DNA of 64,000 bases from Narcine bancroftii. Taxonomy: Eukaryota. The stretch lies in assembly GCF_036971445.1 (NCBI RefSeq), contig NC_091474.1:83266001-83330000 (forward strand), written 5' to 3'. Within the stretch, counting starts at the first letter, position 1; each line of letters opens with the position of its first letter. A program made the translations under genes and the position numbers. The notes under the pieces were generated by a model. It saw only the letters and a program-made list of their open reading frames with translations. It searched no databases and was not told where the DNA came from. This document shows positions 34,392 to 45,065 of the stretch, piece after piece.

Positions 34392-35919
34392 TTTTGAAAA
34401 TTTTATTTTTCATTTGCATCAACGTGTACAAATTCTTCATCGTATATTACAATGTGATAAAAATTATACAAAATGATATATAATTTTTTTATTTTTATCC
34501 CCCTCCCCAAAAGAAAAAGAGAAAAAAGAGAAAAAAATCTGAATTTATTATCATTCACTATTCATATATTCACACATTATTTTATCCTGTACAAATTAAT
34601 TGGGTGAATGGTTGTTATAGACAATGTGGATGGACCCCTACTAATGAAATCCATAAATGGCTTCCAAATTATAGGAAGATTCTCAGGTTGATTCCTTAAA
34701 TTATTAGTAATCTTTTCCAATGATACACAATTTTGAATTTCTGTATGCCATCTATCCAATCTTATAAAATTACCTGACTTCCATGTTACTGCCATACATT
34801 TCCACGCCACCGCTATTTCTCTGCTTAAAATTTTTTTGTTAATACTAAATTGAAGTTAGACAAATATCAATGTCATAAAAATCACCAAGCAAAAATATTC
34901 TGGGATCTTTGGTATCTGTATCTTCATAATTTGTCCCAATAATAGACAAATCTTCCACTTTTTCACAAGACCAAACTGCATGCAATAAGGTTCTTGTTTC
35001 TTTTTTACATCTAAAACATTTGTCATGTAATTTGCATGGAGTGTAGAATAATTGGCATAAAAAATTATATTGTCCCATTTGATATCTAACATTAATTGCA
35101 TAACAGGTACACAATCCTTTATCTGGAACCCTTGGGGGACAGTGTGCTCCGAATTTTGGATTTTTCCGGATTTCAGAAAGCCAGATTTAAGCCCACCCGA
35201 ATTGTGCTGCCGTATCCACCCCCACCGCTTCCAGTCGCGCTATCAGTCTCTCCCCCCCCCCACTTGCCCGACCGACCGACTCATGCTGCCAGTCTCCTCC
35301 CAATCGCCCGACTCACGCTGCCGGTCTCCCCCCAATCGCCCGACTCATGCTGCCAGTCTCCCCCCAATCCCCCGACTCATGATGCCGGTCTCCCCAACAT
35401 CGCCCGACTTGCTCTGCTGGTCTCCCCCACATCGCCCACCTGACTCGCGCTGCCGGTATCTCTCCACCCCCCCATCACCTGACTCGCACTGCCGGTCTAC
35501 CCCCCCAATCGCCCAACTCGCGCTGTCAGTCTTCCCCCCCCATCACCTGACTCGCGCTGCCTGTCTTTCCTAACCCCCCCCAATCGCCCGACTCGCGCTG
35601 CCGGTCCCTCCACCCCCCCGCCTCCCCCGAGTCACTTGACTCAGGCTGCCAGTCTCTCTTCCCACTTGTTGGATTTTGGAGCTTTCCAGATTTTAGATGT
35701 CCGGATAAAGGATTGTGTACCTGTAGTTACACTCTCCCAGCACAATTTTGACTAGGCCTCGTCATGACTTTGTATTTTTAAATCTTTTTCCCTTTTTTTT
35801 TTGACTTAAATAGTTCCTTTTTCTGCATTGTGTCTTGTAATTATGTATACTTAATAGTGATAAATTTCTCAATAAATGTATAAATTATTAAATACTCAAA
35901 TGGGCTCTGTTCCGGAAGT
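34392..35919 (-). mobile_element. 5'-truncated L1 LINE in sense orientation within slc29a3 intron 2
   Basis: 16-bp TSD AATGATGACTATTTCT (34376-34391 and 35920-35935); CFRCKK...LLHAVWSC zinc knuckle and CVSLEKIT...IWKPFMDFI. Confidence 0.85.
35104..35723. mobile_element. Tc1/mariner-superfamily (Tigger-like) MITE with an internal GC-rich 31-34-bp minisatellite
   Basis: TIRs CAGGTACACAATCCTTTATCtGGA and TCCGGATAAAGGATTGTGTACCTG followed by TA; internal unit cgcccgactcgcgctgccggtctccccccaat. Confidence 0.85.
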
Positions 35920-36355
35920 AATGATGACTATTTCTAATCGTAAATGCTGTCTGATCTTCTTGGGTCAGCCATTCTTAACTTTTAACATTTTTTATAGTTG
36001 GTAGTAGTGCAGAAGAAACCATAATTTAATTGCTTCATCGGGAAGGGGGCACATAAATTTTGAGCATGTGAGAATGGCAGCTCTTGGTTCCTCCAACAAT
36101 TTTAAGCTTACTTGTGTGTCTATTTAAATTATCAGGAAAACCATTTTCATTATTCATCACTGGCTACCTGGAAAAAAGTGGGAATGTTTCTCCTAAAATT
36201 GTTTGATGATAAAAAGCCTTCAAAATTATTGAGAGGATTTAATAGTGTTTTGGTGTCAAATCGATTTGATGGGTTGTTCCCTTCCAGAGAACAAATAAAC
36301 CGGATCATCTTAATAGCCAAATTCCACTTTTCACAGCTATTTCTCCCATCAAAAA

Positions 36356-36720
36356 CAGTGCTTTTCAACCTTTTTCTTTCCACTCGCAGACCACTTTAAG
36401 TAATCCCTATGCCATAGGTGCTCTGTGATTAGTAAGGGATTGCTTAAGATGGTCTGTGGGGAGAAAGAAAAAGGCTGAAAACCACTGTTTTAATCATACC
36501 TAATTGACTCGTTAATTATAACTCCAAAGGAAGTGGGACAATGCCAATTTTTTTCAAGCAAAATATTTCAGCAACAAATGGGTTTAGAGCAGTAATTCTC
36601 AACCTTCCCTTCCCACCCACATACCACTTTAAGCAATCCCTTGCCAATCACAGAGCACCGATGGCATCAGGATTACTTAAAGTGGTATGTGAGTGGAAAG
36701 AAAAAGGTTCAGATTCACTC
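36356..36720. mobile_element. hAT-type MITE copy
   Basis: Homologous to 34007-34363 and 62366-62724. Confidence 0.7.
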
Positions 36721-36844
36721 AGATTTAAGAGATTTCATGAGCTAACCTACTTTAGTGGGACTTGAATTTTGGAAATGGTGAGTTGCTCCAACAAAAGTAT
36801 TATATACCATTATCATATTCACCCGACATCACAACAATACTTAC

Positions 36845-37099
36845 ACTAAGGTCACTCTGTTGATGAGAGAGATGTGAGCTGTTGCTCAGTTTATACAACC
36901 AATAGTGCTTGGCAGTGCAGAAGAAGTTCCAAGGCAGCAGAGAGCCAATACCAAGGATGAAGAAAATCACATACACAGCATTGAATGTATCTGGAGGTGG
37001 CTGGCGGAAATGTCTCCGTGGCAAAGGGTTGGATATCAGGGGCTCTTCTTCTGGTGCTTGTGAGCTGAGGAATGTGTCGTGAAAACCCTGGATGTCCAT
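36845..37099 (-). CDS. slc29a3: SLC29A3/ENT3 first coding exon (exon 2; 255 nt CDS)
   Basis: ATG at 37099 in strong Kozak context (AAGATGG). Translation MDIQGFHD...EEEPLI...PPDTFNAVYVIFFILGIGSLLPWNFFCTAKHYWLYKLSNSS contains the ENT TM1 PWNFF motif, an acidic dileucine motif and an NSS sequon. Donor AGT|gtaagt at 36845/36844, phase 0. Acceptor probably at about 37150-37155 after a polypyrimidine tract. Confidence 0.93.
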
Positions 37100-37224
37100 C
37101 TTTTGTAAATCTGGAACAATTGTAACATCTACCCCTTCTTTGTGAGACTCCTATGCTTTGAAACAAAAAGGAAAAGAAAAGTGATCACTTAATTTTTCAG
37201 GAGGCAGGAAAGTCGTTCCATTCT

Positions 37225-37800
37225 CAAGATTCAAAATATTATCATAGTTATAAACATTTCACATAACTTGAAATTTCCTTTTGCCTGTTGCAAGGTGGAC
37301 GGCAGGTATTGCCTCTTACGACAGTCAGAAAGAGAAGCAAAAGAGAGGGCACAGGGTCACCAGGTGTCCCTAGATTTGCCTCCAGCACTTCTGCAGTCCC
37401 CACACAGTCCAGTCCAAACCATCGGAAACACAAGCTCTAGATCCGAACCTCTGACACAGTCAGGAATGAATCCCTCAGTGCCCTTGGCACTTCCTCGCAT
37501 CCTGGTTTCGATACCTGGTACCCTTCCAGCCAGTTTGACCAGTCTCCAGCAGTTCGCAGGCCAGCGTGAGTGTCCCGACAGCAGTCTCCAGCAGCTTCCG
37601 CAAGTTCACCTTTGTCCGCAGCTCGCCGCATGCACTGGCCCCTTAGCCACAGACGCCCTCACTGGTCTGCCACCATGGTCACTGACCCTTTGCTTCTCCT
37701 GCTCAGACAGGAGATGATCTTCCCATCCTCTAATGCCCTGCTCAACCCCTTTGCTTCCCCGGAGTCTGCAGCCCCTCGTAGCTACAGACAACATCCAAGT
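37225..37800 (-). repeat. Interspersed repeat family with a LINE-like 3' tail (also about 13975-14170, 48395-48720, 51850-52140, 62735-63400)
   Basis: Shared gagaagcaaaagagag...cagtccaaaccatcgg...tccagatccgaa body; some copies begin with tttattgtca, the reverse of the gacaataaa tail. Confidence 0.55.
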
Positions 37801-37854
37801 CTAACAGGACCTGTAAATTCCTCCAGCAGTAATGGGAGCCCAGATTTGTGAAAA

Positions 37855-38501
37855 TACCAGATATATTCATGTAGTAGTTGTGTTTTTTTTTGGACCACAT
37901 TTTCAGGTGGAATTTGGGAGGCCGACTTTTACACGGATTCTACTTTTGACTGCAGTAAGTACCTGCATTGTTCAAAGCATTGGGAATAGATGAGCGGGAC
38001 CACGTGGTAAGTCCACTTTCGGGGCGTCAGGACCTCAAATGGGCGGGTAGTCAATGTGAGGAATTGCAGAGGCCAGGTTGAGGATCTGCATTTGCTGGAG
38101 GCTGAGGGTTTGTGGTCATGGCGTCGGGAGCTCGAGTGGGCGAGCAGCAGGGGTGAGGATCTGCGGTCTGGGTATTGGGAGCTTGGATGGGTAGGCGGTC
38201 AAGGTATCGAGAGCTCAGATGCGTGGGAAGCCAGAGCGAGGATCCACGGTCTGGGCATCAGGAGCTCGGGTGGGTGGGCAGCCGGGGATTGGGATAGGAT
38301 CTGCAGTTGGGGTGTCGGGAGCTCAGATGGGCTGGTGGTCAAGGCGTTGGAGCTAGAATGGGGCGGATGGCCAGGACAGGATCCGTGTTTAGGGTGGTTA
38401 ACTTTGACACAGTATATACAGAAAATATACAATTGTTTGTGCCTAAAAAAGGCGGGGTCATCTTTTACACGAGGTCAACTATTACACAAGTATTTACAGT
38501 A
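37855..38501. mobile_element. pogo/Tc2-like MITE
   Basis: taccagatatattcatgtagtagttg ... caactattacacaagtatttacagta; internal gggagctc repeats. Confidence 0.55.
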
Positions 38502-40554
38502 AAAAATTGAAGCAGTTGACCATTCAGTCCCTCATACTGTACTGTTCTATCAGATTATGATCTTTTATCTCCTCACCACCCTTCCGCGCTAACTCATGTT
38601 CCCTAGAATCTATCAATATTGAAAAATCTGTCAACCTGAATATGCTTACTCAGGCTCCACAACTTGGATTCAAAATTTTAATAAAATCAGTGTATTTCTA
38701 CTCCTCGTCCCTTCTCTGCCATTCAATTAAGATCATAACTCATCTTTTATCTCAATGTCACTTTCCTGTACTTACACTGTATCCTCAATTCTCTCATAGC
38801 TAAAACTTCATTGTGTGGAAGTTTTGGGTAATAAATTATAAAGGTTCACTACTCTGGGAGAATAAAATTCTTCTCTCCCCTCTTCTTAAATAACAATCCA
38901 TTAGAAACGTCAACTCCTCATCCACCCTGAAATTGGAGGAAGACCTCTACTCTTGTAGCCACAGCCTCCTACAATCCTATCATTTGCATCCATAATTACT
39001 TGCTGAAACAACACATTAACTTTCAATGATGTTCAAGGATATTCAAACCCCTCTGAACATGCCACATTCAGACGAAAGGTACAGAATTCTGAAGTCTGCC
39101 TCCTCTAAGTTCAAGAACAGTTTTCTGACAACTGCTATCAGTTTCTTGAACCTGCCCATACTAATTCTATCCATAGTACCACTTCTGGACCCCCAAAGGT
39201 CTGTCTGCACAAATGAAACAGCACAAATTTTGCACTATTAAAACTATGAATACTTATTGGAGTAGATTTATTACCTTTTTCATTCTCCTGAGGCACATGC
39301 TTATCATTTAATGTTTGTTAGTGGGTTTTACATACCTATGTAGCCACAGCAAGCAAAAATATCCCCGCAAAAGAAATGAATCTGCAGGACGAACTCAGCG
39401 GGTTGAACAGTATCAGTGGGAAAATGACTGGTCGAAATTTCAGCTCAGAACCCTTGGTCATGACTGATGAACATGATCTTGATGAACTTCTCACTTCCAA
39501 CTGATACTGCTCAGCCAAATGGGGTTGACCACAACTTAACCAAAACTGAGATCATTGACCAGATGGTGTTTTGCCCCAGATTCCAGCATCTGAGGTGTCT
39601 TATGTGTCTCCAGAATTTCACTGTGTCTGTCCTTTGTAATTATATAGAATGATAATAAACTATTATCATTTTCAACATCAACATCCTTTATTCTTTCACC
39701 TTTTTGAAAAAGTATGCTGCCTTTTCATTTTTCCACAAGAATGGACAATTTAACGTTTCCACATTTATCTGTGATGTTCTTCTCGATTTCATTCCACAAT
39801 TTTGCTTTCATACTTTTCTGCATCCACCTCATTGTCCATTCTGCCTCCCAGCTTTTGTATTGTCAGCAAAAGGGGTGGCCAACCTTGTCATTTTTAAACG
39901 TACAGCAGGGTAACAGGCCATTTCGGCCTACAAGTACATACCAGGGGGTTTAGGTTAATTGGGCAACACTGAATCGTGGGCTGAACCGTACTGTATGTAT
40001 AATTAAAAATGAAAAGGTTGCCCACCCTGTTGTACATGATATCCTATAGACAATTTGTTAGGTCTCCGCACTGATCCCTGCAACTGGCTGCAACTCATTT
40101 CTTTTAGCACCTTGGATGCTTCTAGGAAGACATCCTCACAATTCTTGTGAAATTTCTCTGCCATTTCCTTATTCGGAAATATAATTTGTCCCATCGCAGT
40201 CAGAGACCCACATCAGCTTGAGCTAACCTTTTCTTTTGTACATGTCTTCCGATGCCTCTGTAGTCACTTTTTTTCTAGTTAGATTGTCCATGAGTTTCAT
40301 TTGCTCACCAATGTCTTGGCTGTCCTGGTTTTGCACTCAACGGTGTAAAAGCAGCTTCTTTCCCTCTGCCATCAGATTTCTGAATGGACAATGAATCACA
40401 GACACCACCTAATTTTTTTCTCCTTTTGAAATAATTTATTTTTACAAAACTTAACTGATAGCAATTTTTGCAACTGTAAGGTTCCGCAAAACAACAAATA
40501 TCATAATGCATGCTCATGAAGATAAATTCTGAATACTGAGGTCTACGGCTATTA

Positions 40555-40785
40555 TGGCACAGTCAACGTAGCAGTTCGCACAATGCAGTTACAGCACCAG
40601 CAATCAGGACTCGAGTTCGATTCCCGCGCTGTCTGCAAAGAATTTGTACATTCTCCCCGTACTGCGTAGGTTTCCTCTGGAGGTTTCAGTTTCTTCCCAC
40701 TATTCGAAATGGACCAGGGTTGAAAGTTAATTGGACGGCACGGGTTCGTGGGCCGAAAGCATAAATTTAAAATTAAATTTAACAT
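40555..40785 (+). mobile_element. HE1-like tRNA SINE
   Basis: B-box gagttcgattcc, SINE body and aaattt tail. Confidence 0.75.
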
Positions 40786-41949
40786 TTAAAAAGCCTTTTT
40801 CTTTGATCTACCACCATTGTTAGTCACAGTTGGGTCTCTTCTCCTGTCGAATTTTGTACCTTGAAACAATACAGATTTGTTAAAATCCATGTATTCATTC
40901 TTTAAGTGTAGGCCATTTTCACATTCTACCACTGCCAACTAACCTCGTGCCACGATATTGTTTAAACTGAAAACTTTACTTTCAGATTGAACAAATCAGT
41001 TTCAATCTTTAAATGACTCTCATTCTTGTCCTATCCTTGTTCCCCTAAGTCCCTTAACCCTCATAATTAGCTCTTTCTCATTGCACAATATTAGATCCAA
41101 AATGTAATGCATTGGTTCTCCAGAATGGCCAAGAATCTTGCCCTTAACAGCATTCTACAAATTCTTCCACAAAATTATTCCTTATTTTGTTCAAAACAGA
41201 ACATTGCTGAAGAAACTCAGCAGGTTCCGCAGCCAAGCAGACGGAGCCAGTGTGGTTGGTGTCGGGGTTAGCGCCTCGCTGTTACAGCACCAATGACCCA
41301 GGTTCAAATCTGCTGCTGTCTGGAAGGCGTTTTATGTTTTCCCCATATCTGCGTGGGTTTCCTCCCACCTTCAAAAACGTACAGGGTGTACTTGGATAGC
41401 AGAGACTCATTGGCAGGAAGGGCCTGTACTGTGCTGTACCTCTAAAACTACATTTAAAATTTGTCATTAACAATTTGGGCCTGAGCCTTTCGTCAAGGGA
41501 TCTTGCCTTACTTTGACAAAGGGCTCAGCCCAAAATGCATTTTGCATTAGGCATGCAGCATGTTAACAGGCCTCTCTGGCCCATGAGCCCATGTCACCCC
41601 AAATACCCCAATTAACCTACAACCCCTGTGCGCTTTAAAGGATGGGCTACTATGGACGTTGCGGGACCTGCTGAGTTTCTCCAACAACCTCTTCAATCAC
41701 AGCGTCTGCAGACTTTCTAATTTTTGTCTAGTCTCTATTCCTGTTAAAATCTCCCATGATTACTGATTTATTCTATACCCTGCATCATAGCATATTCCTG
41801 TAGATAAGTAATACATAAAAGTCTGCAGACACCGTGGTTGAATTAAAAACACAAAGCCAGAGAAAATCAGTAGGTCAAACAGAGTCCTTTATATAACAAA
41901 AATACACAACCAACGTTTCGGGCTTGAGCCCTTCAAACTATCAAGAGTA

Positions 41950-42405
41950 TCTCCCCTCTCTTCTCCTTCCCCCTATTTCCCCTCTCCCTTATCCCTCTCT
42001 CCCCTCCACTTCACCCTCTCCTTCTTTCCCTCCCCGCTCCCTTCCCTCGCTCCCCCTCTCCACTTCCTCATCCCTCTCTCCCCTCCACTCTTCCTCTCTC
42101 CTTTCCCTTTCTCCCTCCCCTCAACTCTCCTCCTTTCCCTCTCTCCCTCCCTGTTCCCTTCCCTCACTCCCCCTCTCCACTTCCTCATCCCTCTCTCCCC
42201 TCCACTCTTCCTCTCTCCTTCTTTCCCTTTCTCCCTCCCCTCTCCTCCTTTCCCTCTCTCCCTCCCTGCTCCCTTCCCTCGCTCCCACTCTCCATTTCCT
42301 CATCCCTCTCTCCCCTCCACTCGCCCTCTCCCTCCACCTTCCACTCTCCCCTCCCCTCTCTTCCGCCCCACCCCTACATTCCCCGTCTCCCCCTCACCTC
42401 CCCAC
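41950..42405. repeat. Polypyrimidine/polypurine tract with about 115-bp higher-order periodicity
   Basis: Almost pure C/T on plus; cca(c/t)ttcctcatccctctctcccctccactc recurs at about 42060, 42177 and 42291. Confidence 0.9.
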
Positions 42406-42516
42406 TGCCGTCCCCCAGGCCGCGGCCCCACTCGCCGGCCGAGCCCGGGGATGCGGGGCCTCAAGGAGAAGGCGCCCCAGATTCAGCTCCCACTCCGTCC
42501 CCGCAGCTCCGCTCAC

Positions 42517-42545
42517 CCGGCCCGGCTACGCGAGGAGGGCGGGGA
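42517..42545 (-). other. slc29a3: Putative non-coding exon 1 of slc29a3 (5' boundary uncertain)
   Basis: Minus-strand donor CCGG|gtgagc at 42517/42516, immediately downstream of the GC-box/CCAAT array inside the CpG island. Inferred; no transcript evidence. Confidence 0.55.
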
Positions 42546-42670
42546 CTGACGGCGGGTGCCCGCGAGGAGGGCGGGGACTGATTGGCGGGTGCCCGCGAGG
42601 AGGGCGGGGACTGATTGGCGGGTGCCCGCGAGGAGGGCGGGGACTGATTGGCGGGTGCCCGCGAGGAGGG
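42530..42670. repeat. 33-bp minisatellite, about 4.3 copies, with degenerate copies to about 42845
   Basis: Unit gcgaggagggcggggactgattggcgggtgccc is exact at 42562, 42595 and 42628; a 32-bp variant lies at 42530. Confidence 0.95.
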
Positions 42671-43249
42671 CCAGGCTGGTGCATGCGGCAAGGGGGAGGA
42701 TGACAGACGGGTGCCCGCGAGGAGAGGCGGGAGGGTGCACGTCAGGAGAGTGGGTAGGGGGAGGGTCCCCACGAGGAGGGTGGGGACAGACAAGTGGGTG
42801 CCCGTGAGCAAGGAGGGGGACTGAGTCAGCATGCCCGCGTGGAAGGCAGGGGCAGATCTTCAGCAGGTGCCCTCCAGGAGGGTAGGCACCAACTGATTGA
42901 CATGAGCAAGCTTCCAGTTCACACTGAACCATTGATTCTTCCCACAGATTAAATGTGAGAGCAATCACCCTTTGGTGATTTCTCCCTGGAGCCTGAGCAG
43001 GATGCTTTGAGAGGGAAGCTTCGTTGCATCCCGAACGCATGACTCCAGGGTTAGACCAGAACTCCTGGCGCTGAGCTCAAATGCAATGCACACACGTTGG
43101 AGAAACTCAGCAGGTGACGCAGCATCTGCAAGGTCATCAATGTCTTGGGCCTGAGCCCTTCAAAATGAAGTCAGGCGCTCGATTAAAAAGGCGGGGGCGG
43201 GGAGAAGCTGTTCCTTTCCACTCTCCCACTCGTATCCACCTATGACCCT

Positions 43250-43645
43250 CGGAGAGCAGCAGCAGCAGCAATCGTCAGGGACCCACACCACCCAGCACAC
43301 TCTCTGTTCTCACCGGAAACACCTATAGGTGCCACAATACTCTCATCACCAGGTTCAGGACCAGCTGCTCCCCCTCCACCATCAGACTCCTCAACAACAA
43401 ACTCAAGCAGCAACTCGTTTAAGGACTTTTACTTGTGCACTTTATTCATTTTCTTTTTGTTCTCTCTGTATTGCACAGTCAGTTTGTTTACATCCGTTAT
43501 CTGTTTTCAGTTCTTTTAGTTTACGCTGTGTACCGTTTTTTCTGCACGACCAATAAGTAGGAATTCTGCCTGGCCCGCAGGGAAAAAGAATCTCAGAGTT
43601 GTAGGTGATGTCATGTAGGTACTTTGACAATAAATCTGAAATCTG
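43250..43645 (+). mobile_element. Rex1/Babar LINE 3' fragment
   Basis: Homologous to 6180-6722; tail gacaataaatctgaaatctga. Confidence 0.75.
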
Positions 43646-44779
43646 ATCTCTGACCTGTTTGTGATCCTGCTCCTTCCTCCCACTTCCTTTATTCAGGCGC
43701 CCGTCTGATTTTTTTGCTCATCCCTTGACAAAGGGCTCAGGGCTGAAATGTTGTTGACCCTTTTATGAATGTTGTGTGACCTGCTAGGTTTCTCCAGCAC
43801 TTTTCTGCATTGCAGTGTATCCACAACATGGTTTCTAGCTCATTCTCCACTACTACTGGGAAACTCAGTCCGCATTACCTCACGTGCAACTTTTTGGCAT
43901 GTGCTTCACCTGCTCTCTAGACCACCATTCTCACGGTCTCTATCACATTCCAACACAAGGCAGCCTTTGTCTCCCAATCATCCACGCCACTCTGTGACTC
44001 ATCCTCCACCTGACCCCATTGTTTTCCTCTCCCTCTCCCTGCCATCTGCCTCCTTCCATCATCTCTGAGGGGTATATCCAAGCAGGCACTTTCCACTGAG
44101 GTTAGTTGAGTTAAGAACTAGAGGATGTGGGTTAAAGGTGAAATGTTTGAAGGGAACCTCTTTGCACAGAGAGTGGTGAGAGTGTGGAATAAGGTGCCAG
44201 CTCAAATGGTGAATTTTGACATTTAAGAAAAATCCAGATAGGTACATCGTCAGGATGGCTATGGTCCGGCTTCAGGTCAATGGGACGAGGCACAGACAAG
44301 ATGAGCCAAAGAGCCTGTTTCAGTGCTGTGGTTCTCTGGATTTATTTAATCTCTCCCTGCTTAGCCAATCCTGTGTGGGGATCTCTGCCTCATCCATCCC
44401 ACCATGTTCTCTCTCCACTGCTTTTGTGCACTTACCTCAGTGCTGATGAAAAAGTTTGGCTGGAAACATCGAACGCCAATGCACTGAAATCCTCCAGCTG
44501 ATTGTGGTTTGTATCAGATCCCAGCATTTGCAGTTTCCTGGGTGGGTATCTCAAATTTCAGGTTTATTGTCAGAGTACATACATGACATCACTTACAACT
44601 CTGAGATTCTTTTTTTCCTGCTGGCGAGGCAGAATTACCACTTATTGGTAGTGTAAAAATAAACTGTACTCAAGATGATACGAGCACCCCTCAGCCATCT
44701 CTCTCCTACTATCAGGGATAAGGTTCAAGAGTGTGAAATCACACATGGAAAGGTTCAAAGATAGGGCAGACAGTCAGCG

Positions 44780-45065
44780 CCTTTTTCCCAGGGCAGGAAC
44801 AGCAAACACCAGAGGACGTGTACAAAGTGAAGGGAGAGAAGTTTAGAGGGGTACAATTTTTTTTTGAAACAAGAGCTGTGGGTGCCTGGAATGCCTTGCC
44901 AGGGATGATGGCTGAAACATTGGGGACATTTTACAGACTCCTGGAGAAGCACATGGATTGAAGAAAAATAGAGGGCTACGGGGTAGGGAGGGTTGAGTAT
45001 TTTTTTTAAATAAGGAATATATAGGTTGGCACAACATTTAGGGATGTGCTGTTGTGTTCTATGAC
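44780..45065 (+). mobile_element. CR1 3' fragment (same subfamily as 3180-3745)
   Basis: caaacaccagaggac...ggttggcacaacatt shared with 3505-3727. Confidence 0.7.

Larger units (their letters stand above)
42400..42850 (-). promoter_or_regulatory. CpG-island promoter of slc29a3 with tandem GC-box and CCAAT units
   Basis: CpG-dense, GC-rich segment 5.4 kb upstream of exon 2. GGGCGGGG occurs four times; CTGATTGGC (reverse GCCAATCAG) has ATTGG at 42581, 42614 and 42647. Confidence 0.75.

Noticed and set aside
35070-35573. Proline-rich ORFs
   Set aside because: Translation of a MITE-internal minisatellite.
41924-43040. Long S/P/L-rich and G/R-rich ORFs (259, 175 and 123 aa)
   Set aside because: Artefacts of the polypyrimidine tract and the GC-rich promoter minisatellite.
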